From: Thiomargarita sp.
Lineage (GTDB): Bacteria > Pseudomonadota > Gammaproteobacteria > Beggiatoales > Beggiatoaceae
Assembly: GCA_022729575.1 (NCBI GenBank)
Contig: DZAL01000018.1
Location: 1,290 to 34,323 of the forward strand
Length of the DNA stretch: 33,034 nt
Direction: 5' to 3'
The translations under genes were made by a program, and so were the position numbers. Positions 8,504 through 19,004 of this stretch are shown here, piece by piece. The notes beneath the pieces are model-generated. The model was given only the letters and a program-made list of their open reading frames with translations. It made no database searches and was not told the DNA's origin. The first letter of the stretch is position 1. Every line of letters begins with the position of its first letter.

Positions 8504-8891
8504 AGATTTGACAACTTTGCGAAAGTTGTCAAATCTCTCTAACTCACCTTACGCACCACCACCCCTAGCCCCAATGCCATTAAGTTAAGCCTGCGAAAGA
8601 AACCTTGAAGGTCTAAAACCAGACCTTCAAGGTTAAAACCAGACCGGAGGATTCCCCGCCTTCTTCTCGTTTCCACGCGCCAGCGTGGGAACGAGAAGAA
8701 CTCTCTAACATCTCTTTAAGACTCAGATTTGACAACTTTTCGAAAGTTGTCAAATCTCCTAACATCTCTTTAAGACCCAGATTTGACAATCTGGTCAAAA
8801 GTTGTCAAATCTCTAACACCTCTTTAAGACCCAGATTTGACAACTTTTCGAAAGTTGTCAAATCTAACATCTTTTTAAAAATATCAAATCT
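8504..8891. repeat. Composite repeat block: 33-bp palindrome (8504-8536), partial family-B, family-E hairpins (GCCATTAAGTTAAG...ACCTTGAAGGTCTAAAACCAGACCTTCAAGGT; TTCCACGCGCCAGCGTGGGAA), then 3 tandem palindrome copies with ~21-bp near-identical spacers (8725-8865)
   Basis: Direct reading; the same family-E sequences occur inverted at 24050-24330. Confidence 0.8.
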
Positions 8892-9200
8892 TAATTCTTA
8901 AATCTCTTGTGTTTTTTTTTAAATTATAATATATTTTTTAGTAAGCAAAAGACTAATTAATAAATTTTTACTATTTCCACTATCTGAAAAAACTTTTTTA
9001 TGCTAAACAAGAAGATAATAATATTTGGAGATTGGCATATTTTGGAATGTTATTGATAATAGCCATGGCTATTCCGCTTTTTACGTATAAAAATCTTTCT
9101 AAAAAATTTCTAAAAAATACTGCTTATCAATTTTTATCACAATAGACCCAGATTTGACAACTTTTCGAAAGATTGTAAAATCTAAACCACCGGCCCGATT
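8892..9200 (+). promoter_or_regulatory. ~300-bp AT-rich, A-tract-rich region upstream of giant HK gene; likely promoter/curved-DNA regulatory region; contains one degenerate palindrome copy (9150-9183)
   Basis: Markedly lower GC than flanks; T9 run, short direct repeats TCTAAAAAAT x2. Confidence 0.4.
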
Positions 9201-12200
9201 ATGTTTAAACAGCTCAAAATACGTTCGAAACTGCTACTGGTAATGTTATCTATCAGTTTAATCCCAATTATCCTGATGGGTACTACCATGCTCATCAAAA
9301 GTCGCCAAGCACTGATGCAACAATCCTTTAGTCAATTAGAAAGTGTCCGCGAAATAAAAAAATCCCAACTGGAACGTTTTTTTAACCGACTTCGCAATGA
9401 CATGGCGATCCTCTTAGAAATGGTCTCCATTTCACGACAAAATGCCGCGCAAAAATTGCAAACCGTACAAGAAAATAAAAAAGCACAATTAGAACGCTAC
9501 TTTCAAGAACGTTTAACGGATATTAAGGTACTCTCCGAAAATGACTCCATCGCTCAATCGTTGGAACAATTTAACGGTGCCATCGCCATGGAAGAGCATA
9601 AAATTAAAGGAAATGCTTGGCACTTAGTCGTGGAAAGGTTTGGCCAAGAGTTGACACAGTATAAAGAGAAACAGAATTATTACGATTTATTACTATTAAC
9701 CACCGACGGCACCATAGCCTATACCGTCGAACAACGAGGAGATTTAGGAGAAAATGTAAACACCAGTAAAATTCAACATAATAGCTTGAGTGAAGCATTC
9801 CATCAGGCGATGAAGACCAAAACCGCCGTCATTCGAGATTTTGCGATTTATCCACCGGCGGAAAATCACTACCTGGCCTTTCTCGCCACCCCAGTTTTTC
9901 GCTCTGGTGAAGTAGTCGGATGCCTAGCCTTGGCCCTGTCGGCTGAGGCGGTAAATGCGATTGTGCAGCGCCAAGAAGGGATGAGTAATACCGAAGAAAC
10001 TTTTGTCGTGGGCGAAGACGAGGGACGTATCAGCTATCGCAGTGACCGAGTATTTAAATGGAGTAATCGCAACGTCATCGATCAAGAAGTGACTGGCTCT
10101 GATATTAATGAAGCCTTGGCTGGTCGTAGCAATATTGCCATTAAAAACGACCAAAGTGGCAAACTAGAATTAGGTGCCTACGCACCTTTACAAATTCCCG
10201 GCTTACATTGGGGCATTATCACTTCCATTGCGTTGGAAGAAATTATTACGCCCAAATTGGCAGGACAACAAAGCGATTTTTTTACCAACTATATCACTCA
10301 AAATAACTATTATGACCTCCTACTCATTCATCCTCAAGGCGAAATTTTTTACTCAGTCAAACACGAAGCAGACTATGGCACGAACATTCTGGCTGGTAAA
10401 TTTGCTAACTCTAATCTCAGTCAATTAGTACAAACGGTATTACAAAATAACGAATTTGCGATCAGCGATTACGCGCCCTATCCTCCTGCTAACCAAGCTC
10501 CAGCAGCGTTTACTGCGCAATCTGTATTACGCACTGACCACACCGTTGAACTTATTGTGGTACTTCGCTTAAGCGAAAATAATATCAATCGTATTATGCA
10601 GCAACGTGCTGGGATGGGCAAGACCGGTGAAACTTATCTGGTCGGTAGTGACAAGTTAATGCGCTCGACCACTTTTTTATCACCCAACACCCACTCCATG
10701 ACCGTCTCCTTTGCTCACCCCGATAAAGGCATAGTTGATACTGAAAGTAGTCGCGCTGCGTTACGTGGTGAAACCGGCGAAAAAATTATTCAAGATTACC
10801 AAGGCCATTGGGTATTATCAGCTTACACTCCCATTCAAATGGGTAGCCACACTTGGGCACTGTTAGCGGAAGTTAATCTGACGGAAGCCTTTGCCTCCGT
10901 TTACACCTTACAGTGGATGCTAGGTGGTTTAATCATCCTCGTGGTCTTAACTGTACTTTGGCTAGTAAGACGTTTTATCAAAAATTTCATGTCCCCGCTC
11001 TTAGAAGTCAACGAACATTTGAAAACTCTGGCCCAGGGTCAACTAAGTGACACCGACATTATTTATTACCAACACGACGAGGTGGGCGAAATTGTGACCT
11101 CTTGTAAACGATTAAAAGAAGCCATTCGTAGCACCATCCAACAAGCCAATGAAATTGCCGCCGGCAACTATGAAACTCAAGTCTCTTTACTGTCTTATGA
11201 AGACCAATTAGGCAATGCGTTAACCGAAATGGTTCGCACTTTACGTGCGGTGATAAAACAAGCCAATGCCATCGCCGCTGGCAATTATACGGAAACCATT
11301 CAACCTCTCTCCGACCGTGACCAGTTAGGTAACGCCCTGTCACAAATGACTAAAACTTTGTGCGAATTGACCGCGAAGAATGCCTTGGAAGACTGGTTGA
11401 AAACCGGGCAAATGCAACTCGCTAAAGAGCTTAGTGGCAACCCCAATATCACGACTCTAGCTAATAACATCATCAATTTTCTCTGTCATTACCTAGAAGC
11501 TAAAGTAGGGCTATTTTATTTAGTGGAAGAAGTTCGCTCCAAACCAAACCATACCGACCATAATAGCGACCACCATAACACCGGAGTACCAAGCGAAGCT
11601 TTATCCCAACAATTAAAATTGTTAGCCAGTTATGCCTACACCTGGCGCAAACATCTAGCCAATCGTTTCGACTTTGGAGAAGGAATCGTTGGCCAAGCAG
11701 CTTTAGAGCAACAACCCATTATCCTCACCCAGGTCCCTCTTGAGGCCATTCATATTCAATCGGGACTGATTGACAATGTGCCACGCCAAGTGGCGGTTAT
11801 ACCATTTTTATACGAAGGCAAGGTAAAAGGAGTCGTTGAATTAGGTTTCTTCAATGAAATCGTGGAACGACAATTAGAATTTTTGGCTACCGCCATGCCC
11901 AGTATTGGAATTGCCGTGAATACCGCCGAATCCAGAACCCAATTACAAGAATTATTGCAACAAAGTCAAGTTCAAACCGAAGAATTACAATCTCAAACCG
12001 AAGAATTACAATCTCAAACCGAGGAATTACAGAGTCAACAAGAGGAGTTACGAGAAGCTAATGAAGAATTAGAAGAGCGGACCCGTGAATCAGAGCGGCA
12101 ACAACGAGAGGTGCAAGAACAAAATCGAGTGTTGGAACAAAGTCAGCTAATTTTGCAAGCTAAAACTAACGAGTTAGAATTGGCTAATAAATACAAATCC

Positions 12201-14303
12201 GAATTTCTGGCCAATATGTCCCATGAATTGCGGACCCCATTGAATAGCTTATTGATTTTAGCGCAAATTTTAACGGAGAATAAAGCCGGTAATTTGACCA
12301 GCAAGCAAATTGAATACGCCCAAACTATTCACAATGCCGGGAATGACCTACTCACACTGATTAACGACATCCTAGATTTATCCAAAGTAGAATCTGGTAA
12401 ATTAGAAGTCCATTGGGAAGAGGTGCCGCTACTAGATTTCATGGACGGTACGCGACAAAAATTTCAGCATGTGGCGGAACAAAAAAAGCTTCTCTTCCAA
12501 GTGGATATTAGCGAGGACCTGGCCGAAGTGGTTTTGCACACCGATGGACAAAGGCTCAAGCAGATTATTAATAATCTATTGTCGAATGCGTTTAAATTCA
12601 CCCCCAAAGGTCAAGTTAAGCTAGAAGTAAAGCGAGTTAACCGCGATTCCTGGGCCGGCACCAAAGATGGCTTCTTTGAACAACATACCAACCTGTTAGC
12701 CATCACCGTGGCCGACACTGGTATTGGCATTCCCAAAGATAAACAAAACCTAATTTTTGAAGCCTTCCAACAAGCCGATGGCACCACCAGTCGCCGTTAT
12801 GGCGGCACCGGCTTAGGATTAACCATTTCTCGCCAATTAGCGCAACTCCTGGGTGGCAAGATTCTTTTAGACAGCGGCGAAACTCAAGGCAGCCGCTTTA
12901 CCTTGTATTTACCGGTGAGCCCGGTAAAGAAAACTACTCTGGTCCCGTCAGATCACCAGACGGGAGTCCAAGACATGTCTTGGACTCCAACCCACGCTCC
13001 GCGTGGGAGCGCCCAGACCGAACTTCAAAGCGTCGCGTCGCCAGTAGCAGAGGAGCTAGAAACCGAGAAAAATTTATCACTCACACCGCCGACCATACCC
13101 AGCGATGATAGAAATAACCTCAGCCCTAACGACAAAGTTATCCTCATCATCGAAGATGACCAGAAATTTTCAGCGATTCTCCTGGAATTGACGCATGAAA
13201 AAAATTTCAAATGCTTGATTTCTGAAGACGGTAAAACTGGCCTACAACTGGCGGAAAAGTATCAACCCAGTGCGATTATTCTGGATATTAGTCTGCCACA
13301 AATGGATGGCTGGACGGTGATGGAAAAACTTAAGGATAATCCTAAAACTCGTCATATCCCAGTACATTTTATGTCGGCTTCACACCAAGATATGTCAGCC
13401 AAACGCATGGGAGCCATTGGTTATCTACTAAAACCGGTGAATATCGCCGAAATTACTGAAGCATTTAAGAAAATTGAACAATTTATCACTCGGACCGTCA
13501 AGCACTTATTATTAATAGTAGATAACTCGGTGCGACAACAACAAATTCTGGAACTTATTGGCGCAACTGAGGTACAATTCGATACCAGTGCTACGGTCCA
13601 CACTGCATTGCAACAATTGCATCATCAATCGTATGATTGTATTATCCTAGATGCCGAAGTAGAAAATAACACCGGGTTTAAATTTTTAGAACAATTACAT
13701 CAATCGGACCAATTGGCTCAAATTCCAGTTATCATCTATACCGAAAGAGAGCTCACTGCTCAAGAAGAGTTATTATTGCAACGTTACGCGGACAATTTAA
13801 CCGTCAAAACTGTGAAAACGCCAGAATGTTTACTAGATGAGGCCATGTTGTTTTTACACCAATTGGAAGCCAATTTGTCTAAAGAAAAACGCACGATGTT
13901 ACGGCGCCTCCATGACAAAGAAGCGATTTTAGCCCATAAAAAAGTGCTACTGGTGGATGATGATATGCGTAATACCTTTGCGCTGACCACCATTTTAGAA
14001 GAAAAAGAGATGGAAGTATTGATTGCGGAAACCGGCACCGAGGCCTTGGCGTTACTCAATGAATTACCGGACGTTAACCTGGTGTTGATGGACATTATGA
14101 TGCCAGAAATGGATGGATATGAAACGATTCGACAAATCCGTGCCCAAGCGCGATTTCGTAAATTACCTATCATTGCGTTGACGGCGAAAGCGATGAAAGG
14201 AGACAAAACTAAATGTTTAGAAGCCGGCGCTAATGACTATTTGGCTAAACCAGTAGATATTGATAAGTTGATGTCGTTAATGCGAGTGTGGCTGTATCGG
14301 TGA
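9201..14303 (+). CDS. Giant hybrid sensor histidine kinase: TM1 - two tandem periplasmic Cache-like modules - TM2 - tandem HAMP - GAF - coiled coil - HisKA - HATPase_c - three receiver (REC) domains
   Basis: TM at aa ~10-30 and ~575-595; duplicated NYYDLLL..DG.I.Y periplasmic modules; IAAGNY..DQLGNAL HAMP x2; [11 protein letters not shown]-box; GGTGLGL G2-box; REC signatures ILIIEDD/ILDISLPQMDGW, LLIVDNS, VLLVDDD/LMDIMMPEMDGYE...KP. Confidence 0.85.
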   Translation: MFKQLKIRSKLLLVMLSISLIPIILMGTTMLIKSRQALMQQSFSQLESVREIKKSQLERFFNRLRNDMAILLEMVSISRQNAAQKLQTVQENKKAQLERYFQERLTDIKVLSENDSIAQSLEQFNGAIAMEEHKIKGNAWHLVVERFGQELTQYKEKQNYYDLLLLTTDGTIAYTVEQRGDLGENVNTSKIQHNSLSEAFHQAMKTKTAVIRDFAIYPPAENHYLAFLATPVFRSGEVVGCLALALSAEAVNAIVQRQEGMSNTEETFVVGEDEGRISYRSDRVFKWSNRNVIDQEVTGSDINEALAGRSNIAIKNDQSGKLELGAYAPLQIPGLHWGIITSIALEEIITPKLAGQQSDFFTNYITQNNYYDLLLIHPQGEIFYSVKHEADYGTNILAGKFANSNLSQLVQTVLQNNEFAISDYAPYPPANQAPAAFTAQSVLRTDHTVELIVVLRLSENNINRIMQQRAGMGKTGETYLVGSDKLMRSTTFLSPNTHSMTVSFAHPDKGIVDTESSRAALRGETGEKIIQDYQGHWVLSAYTPIQMGSHTWALLAEVNLTEAFASVYTLQWMLGGLIILVVLTVLWLVRRFIKNFMSPLLEVNEHLKTLAQGQLSDTDIIYYQHDEVGEIVTSCKRLKEAIRSTIQQANEIAAGNYETQVSLLSYEDQLGNALTEMVRTLRAVIKQANAIAAGNYTETIQPLSDRDQLGNALSQMTKTLCELTAKNALEDWLKTGQMQLAKELSGNPNITTLANNIINFLCHYLEAKVGLFYLVEEVRSKPNHTDHNSDHHNTGVPSEALSQQLKLLASYAYTWRKHLANRFDFGEGIVGQAALEQQPIILTQVPLEAIHIQSGLIDNVPRQVAVIPFLYEGKVKGVVELGFFNEIVERQLEFLATAMPSIGIAVNTAESRTQLQELLQQSQVQTEELQSQTEELQSQTEELQSQQEELREANEELEERTRESERQQREVQEQNRVLEQSQLILQAKTNELELANKYKSEFLANMSHELRTPLNSLLILAQILTENKAGNLTSKQIEYAQTIHNAGNDLLTLINDILDLSKVESGKLEVHWEEVPLLDFMDGTRQKFQHVAEQKKLLFQVDISEDLAEVVLHTDGQRLKQIINNLLSNAFKFTPKGQVKLEVKRVNRDSWAGTKDGFFEQHTNLLAITVADTGIGIPKDKQNLIFEAFQQADGTTSRRYGGTGLGLTISRQLAQLLGGKILLDSGETQGSRFTLYLPVSPVKKTTLVPSDHQTGVQDMSWTPTHAPRGSAQTELQSVASPVAEELETEKNLSLTPPTIPSDDRNNLSPNDKVILIIEDDQKFSAILLELTHEKNFKCLISEDGKTGLQLAEKYQPSAIILDISLPQMDGWTVMEKLKDNPKTRHIPVHFMSASHQDMSAKRMGAIGYLLKPVNIAEITEAFKKIEQFITRTVKHLLLIVDNSVRQQQILELIGATEVQFDTSATVHTALQQLHHQSYDCIILDAEVENNTGFKFLEQLHQSDQLAQIPVIIYTERELTAQEELLLQRYADNLTVKTVKTPECLLDEAMLFLHQLEANLSKEKRTMLRRLHDKEAILAHKKVLLVDDDMRNTFALTTILEEKEMEVLIAETGTEALALLNELPDVNLVLMDIMMPEMDGYETIRQIRAQARFRKLPIIALTAKAMKGDKTKCLEAGANDYLAKPVDIDKLMSLMRVWLYR
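11973..12035 (+). repeat. In-frame 21-bp tandem repeat x3 (CAAACCGAAGAATTACAATCT) encoding heptad QTEELQS x3 in the coiled-coil linker preceding HisKA
   Basis: Direct reading; 21 bp = 7 aa = one coiled-coil heptad. Confidence 0.9.
12944..13007 (+). repeat. Three consecutive hairpin palindromes embedded in-frame in the HATPase-REC linker of the giant HK (CCCGTC..GACGGG; GGAGTCCAAGACATGTCTTGGACTCC; CCCACGCTCCGCGTGGG)
   Basis: Direct reading; motifs match intergenic hairpin families (GGAGTCC..GGACTCC; CCCACGCG..CGTGGG at 8676-8697 and 24060-24320). Confidence 0.75.
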
Positions 14304-14326
14304 AACCATTCGGTTTCGATTTGGTT

Positions 14327-14359
14327 TAGATTTGACAACTTTCAAAAAGTTGTCAAATC
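14327..14359. repeat. Single 33-bp palindrome between HK genes, followed by direct repeats GTATTCAAA(A)CGG x3
   Basis: Direct reading. Confidence 0.85.
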
Positions 14360-14459
14360 TGTATTCAAAACGGTATTCAAATCGGTGTTCAAACTAATCG
14401 TAACTGGGGGAAAACCATAACCATAAACTACCCTCTATTTCTTCCAAAGGAGGCAACCA

Positions 14460-16547
14460 ATGTTCGCGACCGATTCTTTTAATCTCTTGATTGTTGACGA
14501 TAACAAAAACAATTTATTCAGTCTGCAAAGTTTAATTAATCAACATATTACCGAAGCCAATATTTTTGAAGCAGACTCCGGTAGTATGGCCTTAAAAATT
14601 TTGCTGAAAGAACAAATTGATTTGATTATACTAGATGTGCAAATGCCAGAAATGGACGGTTTTGAAACCGCTAAAGTCATTCGTTCACGCAAAAAAACCC
14701 AACATATTCCCATCGTGTTTTTAACCGCCGCTTATAAGACTGAAGAGTTTAAGCAAAAAGGATTTGAAGTAGGGGCCGCCGATTATTTGACCAAACCGAT
14801 TGATACTGCTCAATTAATCAGTAGAATTCGAACTTATTTACGCTTTCTTCAACAAGAGCGTCTTCATAAACAAGAATTAGAACGCAAAGTTCAAGAGCGT
14901 ACCGTTGAATTATTAGAAACTAACCAATTGCTCAAGCAGGAAATTTTACAACGATTAAAGATCGAAGAAGAACTTAAGCATGCCAAGGAAAAAGCCGAAA
15001 CTGCGAATTTGTCCAAAAGTCAATTTTTGGCCAATATAAGTCATGAATTACGGACCCCGCTTAACGCCATTATTGGCTACAGTGAAATGTTGATGGAAGA
15101 AATCGAAGACTGGGGCGAAACGGCTTTAACCACTGATTTACAAAAGATTCATTCTTCTGGAAAACATTTACTGGGATTGATTAACGATGTGTTGGACCTC
15201 TCCAAGATTGAAGCGGGTAAGATGGAACTATCGATAGAAACTTTTGACCTAAAAATAGTGATCAATGAAGTCATTAACACGATTCAACCTTTGGTCGAAA
15301 AGAAAGCTAATACACTTATTGTTAATGAACTAAATACCTTGAGTACGATGCACTCTGATATAACTAAATTGCGCCAAATGCTATTGAATTTATTGAGCAA
15401 CGCCGCCAAATTTACGGAGCAAGGACAGATTCAGTTGACCATTCAGTCAGAATGGCGTGAGGAGCAGAGTTGGTATACCTTTATCGTCTCGGACAATGGG
15501 ATTGGCATGACCAAGGAACAACAGAAAAAATTATTCCAACCGTTTACCCAAGCTGACGCTTCCACTACTCGCCGTTATGGCGGCACCGGTTTAGGATTAG
15601 CGATTACCAAAGAATTTGCAGGAATGATGGGAGGACATATCACCGTCTCCAGTGAATTTGGCCAAGGCACCACGTTAAGCATTACGTTACCTGCCACCAC
15701 CATCACACCCAGCAATAAAGCGCAACTTAACACGATGTCGTCTCCCGCCAATCACCCTAACTCTTTGCTCCCGTTGGTAGGCGAAGGAATCGTGTTAGTG
15801 ATAGATGATGACCACATCATACGCGAAGTGCTCAAAGATGATTTAAGCAAATTAGGATATGCGGTAGCAGTAGCAGTTGATGGCGAGGAAGGTATTAAGT
15901 TGGCGAAAAAGCTACGACCCGATGCCATTTTACTAGATATTAAAATGCCAGGGATGGATGGTTGGGTGGTCTTATCCGCTTTAAAAAATGACTCCTTACT
16001 CTGTGATATTCCAGTCATCATAATTTCCATGGAAGAGAATAAACACGATGGCTATGCGATGGGCGCGGCCGATTGCATGACCAAACCAGTGAAGCGTGAG
16101 CAATTAGCCAGTATCCTCAAAAAATACCATGTAGGTGACGACTCCCAAAGTCTAGTCATGTTGGTAGAAGATGATGTGATAATTCGAGAAATTATGGCCA
16201 ATATGTTAACCAGTGAAGGTTGGCGAGTCTTTAAAGCCGAAAATGGTAAAGTCGCCTTGGAACATTTAGCGGATAAGAAACCGTCCTTGATTTTATTAGA
16301 CTTAGTCATGCCGGAAATGGACGGTTTTGAATTTTTGGCACACCTCCAAAACCATGAACAATGGAATTCTATTCCCATCGTAGTCCTAACCGCTAAAAAT
16401 CTAACGGTGGAAGAATATGGACGCTTAAATAACCATGTCCAAACTATTTTTCACAAAGAATCTTATGCGCAAGACGACTTGATTTTGCATATTCACAAAT
16501 TGATTAGTGGCTCTACGCTACCGGCCACCACGCGCCCCAAAAGTTGA
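14460..16547 (+). CDS. Cytoplasmic hybrid histidine kinase, REC - coiled coil - HisKA - HATPase_c - REC - REC
   Basis: N-terminal REC ([30 protein letters not shown]), [12 protein letters not shown]-box, GGTGLGL, two C-terminal REC; AAGGAGG RBS; no TM segments. Confidence 0.85.
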   Translation: MFATDSFNLLIVDDNKNNLFSLQSLINQHITEANIFEADSGSMALKILLKEQIDLIILDVQMPEMDGFETAKVIRSRKKTQHIPIVFLTAAYKTEEFKQKGFEVGAADYLTKPIDTAQLISRIRTYLRFLQQERLHKQELERKVQERTVELLETNQLLKQEILQRLKIEEELKHAKEKAETANLSKSQFLANISHELRTPLNAIIGYSEMLMEEIEDWGETALTTDLQKIHSSGKHLLGLINDVLDLSKIEAGKMELSIETFDLKIVINEVINTIQPLVEKKANTLIVNELNTLSTMHSDITKLRQMLLNLLSNAAKFTEQGQIQLTIQSEWREEQSWYTFIVSDNGIGMTKEQQKKLFQPFTQADASTTRRYGGTGLGLAITKEFAGMMGGHITVSSEFGQGTTLSITLPATTITPSNKAQLNTMSSPANHPNSLLPLVGEGIVLVIDDDHIIREVLKDDLSKLGYAVAVAVDGEEGIKLAKKLRPDAILLDIKMPGMDGWVVLSALKNDSLLCDIPVIIISMEENKHDGYAMGAADCMTKPVKREQLASILKKYHVGDDSQSLVMLVEDDVIIREIMANMLTSEGWRVFKAENGKVALEHLADKKPSLILLDLVMPEMDGFEFLAHLQNHEQWNSIPIVVLTAKNLTVEEYGRLNNHVQTIFHKESYAQDDLILHIHKLISGSTLPATTRPKS

Positions 16548-16568
16548 CAACTTTCGAAAGTTGTCAAC
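16541..16568. repeat. Variant palindrome AGTTGACAACTTTCGAAAGTTGTCAACT overlapping the stop codon of the second HK
   Basis: Direct reading; TGA stop at 16545-16547 is inside the repeat. Confidence 0.8.
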
Positions 16569-16598
16569 TCTGGTAAACCAGACCAGGAGAAACTAACT

Positions 16599-18740
16599 AT
16601 GTCTAATCATTGGGTAGAAGAATCCTTTAATCCTCTCAATCCGTTTAATCTATTGGTTGTGGATGATAATAAAAATAATCGCTTTACGTTGCAATCACTG
16701 ATTCAACAGTATATTCAAGCCAATATTTTTGAAGCCGACTCCGGTGCCGCCGCTTTAAAAATTTTGCTGAAGGAAAAAATCGATTTGATTTTGTTAGATG
16801 TCCAAATGCCAGAAATGGATGGCTTTGAAACCGCCCAAGCCATTCGAACCCGAAAAAAGACTCAACATATTCCAATTGTTTTTCTCACCGCAGCCTACAA
16901 AACGGAAGAATTTAAACAAAGAGGATTTGAGGTGGGAGCCGTCGATTATCTCACCAAACCGCTGGATACTTCACAATTAATTAGTCGAATTAAAACCTAT
17001 CTCCGTTTTATTGAACAAGACCGCAAACATCATTCAGAACTGGAACGAAAAGTGCGTGAGCGGACCGCGGAATTAATAGAAACCCGTAATCAACTAGAGC
17101 GGCGGGTAGCCGAGCGGACCACCGAATTACATCTGGCTAAACAAAAAGCGGAACAAGCACAAAAGTTAGCCGAAACCGCTAATTTTGCGAAAAGTCAATT
17201 TTTAGCGAATATGAGCCATGAATTGCGGACCCCGTTAAACGCTATCATTGGCTATAGTGAAATTGTCTTCGAAGAAGCCACCGACAATGAAGACGAAATT
17301 TATCTACCAGACCTCAACAAAATTTTAGCGGCGGCTAAACATTTACTAGGATTAATCAATGACATTTTAGACATCTCGAAAATTGAAGCCGGTAAAATGG
17401 AAGTGGTAGCAGAAACCTTTGAATTAAATACTTTAGTTCAAGAAGTCTTGGAGACCATTCAACCCTTAATTGACAAAAAAGCTAACCAATTAACCGTCAC
17501 CCTACCTGAAGTCATCGGCACTATGCACACCGATGCCGTTAAATTGCGTCAGATGTTACTCAATTTATTAAGTAACGCCGCCAAGTTTACCGAGCAAGGA
17601 CACATTCAATTAGAGATCACACGACAGCGGCAAGCCGCGCACGAATGGGTAAGTTTTCGCGTCATCGATAATGGGATTGGCATGACCGAAGAACAACAAG
17701 TGAAGTTATTTCAGCCATTCACCCAAGCCGATGCCTCCACCACCCGACGCTATGGTGGTACCGGCTTAGGATTAGCCATTACCAAAAAATTCACTGAAAT
17801 GATGGGCGGTAAGGTTTTGGTACACAGTGAATTTGGTAAGGGGAGCACTTTAACCATTGAATTACCAGCTTACTTGCCAATTAAACCATCGGTGTCTGCG
17901 GCCACTTCAATCGTATCGAAACCGCTACTCTCAGTTCAAGATAAAATCTTGCCCGGACAGGGTGTTATTTTGATTATTGAAGATGACCTTAATTGGTGTG
18001 AAACTCTCAAAACTGAACTCACCCAATTAGGTTATGCGGTGGCTATAGCAACCAATGAAGAAGAAGGTTTAGAGCGTGCGCACAAATTGCGACCAGATGC
18101 CATTTTATTGGATATACAAATCTCTAACGGCGACGGTTGGCGAATTTTATCTAACCTCAAAGCTAACCCAGTGTTAGGACATATTCCGATTATTATGTTG
18201 TCTTGGCATGAGCAAGAGCCGCGCGGATATGCGTTAAATATGACTGATTACCTAGAAAAGCCTCTGAAACGTGAGCAATTGGCAACGATTCTGAAAAAAT
18301 ATCATTTGGGAGATGCTTCTCAAAAACTGGTGATGGTAGTGGAAGACGAGGACTTTTTGCGTGAAATCATGACGACTATGCTTGAAGTAGAAGGATGGCG
18401 CGTGTTTCCAGCGGAAAATGGTCAAATCGCGTTAGAACTTCTGGAAACTAAAAAGCCGGTATTGATTCTCCTAGATTTAAATATGCCGGTGATGGATGGT
18501 TTTGAATTTCTTAATTGTTTGCAAAGTCATGACCAGTGGCGAAATATTCCAGTGGTGATACTGACCGCCAGACAGTTAACCACCGACGAGCAAACTCGCT
18601 TAAATAAAGCGGTACAAGTACAAACTATTTTTCACAAAGAAACCTATGAAAAGGATATTTTACTGAATCGTATTCATAAACTGATTGCCGACTCGGTCCA
18701 AACTCGTGAACCTGTGATCGCAAAAAATGATTGGGAATGA
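16599..18740 (+). CDS. Cytoplasmic hybrid histidine kinase, tandem paralog of 14460..16547 (REC-HisKA-HATPase_c-REC-REC)
   Basis: Collinear domain order and high sequence similarity to upstream gene (e.g. identical [43 protein letters not shown] blocks). Confidence 0.85.
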   Translation: MSNHWVEESFNPLNPFNLLVVDDNKNNRFTLQSLIQQYIQANIFEADSGAAALKILLKEKIDLILLDVQMPEMDGFETAQAIRTRKKTQHIPIVFLTAAYKTEEFKQRGFEVGAVDYLTKPLDTSQLISRIKTYLRFIEQDRKHHSELERKVRERTAELIETRNQLERRVAERTTELHLAKQKAEQAQKLAETANFAKSQFLANMSHELRTPLNAIIGYSEIVFEEATDNEDEIYLPDLNKILAAAKHLLGLINDILDISKIEAGKMEVVAETFELNTLVQEVLETIQPLIDKKANQLTVTLPEVIGTMHTDAVKLRQMLLNLLSNAAKFTEQGHIQLEITRQRQAAHEWVSFRVIDNGIGMTEEQQVKLFQPFTQADASTTRRYGGTGLGLAITKKFTEMMGGKVLVHSEFGKGSTLTIELPAYLPIKPSVSAATSIVSKPLLSVQDKILPGQGVILIIEDDLNWCETLKTELTQLGYAVAIATNEEEGLERAHKLRPDAILLDIQISNGDGWRILSNLKANPVLGHIPIIMLSWHEQEPRGYALNMTDYLEKPLKREQLATILKKYHLGDASQKLVMVVEDEDFLREIMTTMLEVEGWRVFPAENGQIALELLETKKPVLILLDLNMPVMDGFEFLNCLQSHDQWRNIPVVILTARQLTTDEQTRLNKAVQVQTIFHKETYEKDILLNRIHKLIADSVQTREPVIAKNDWE

Positions 18741-18780
18741 ATGGTAAAATGAATGGTAAAATGCTAGAATGATAAGTGTC

Positions 18781-18936
18781 CTACGCGGTCAGGACTGGCA
18801 GTCCTTTGAGGACTGCCAATCCTAGGTTCTAACTACGCGGTCAGGACTGGTAGTCCTTTGAGGACTGCCAGTCCTAGGTTCTAACTACGCGGTCAGGACT
18901 GGCAGTCCTTTGAGGACTGCCAGTCCTAGATTCTAA
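18781..18936. repeat. Three tandem 52-bp units, each a 15/15-bp inverted repeat AGGACTGGCAGTCCT TTG AGGACTGCCAGTCCT (hairpin), preceded by TGAATGGTAAAA x2 at HK stop
   Basis: Direct reading. Confidence 0.9.
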
Positions 18937-19004
18937 CCCAAATATCAAGACTACCCGGGATGGAATAAGTAGTCAACTGTTAATTTCAGAAAGAGGAGCA
19001 ATTT

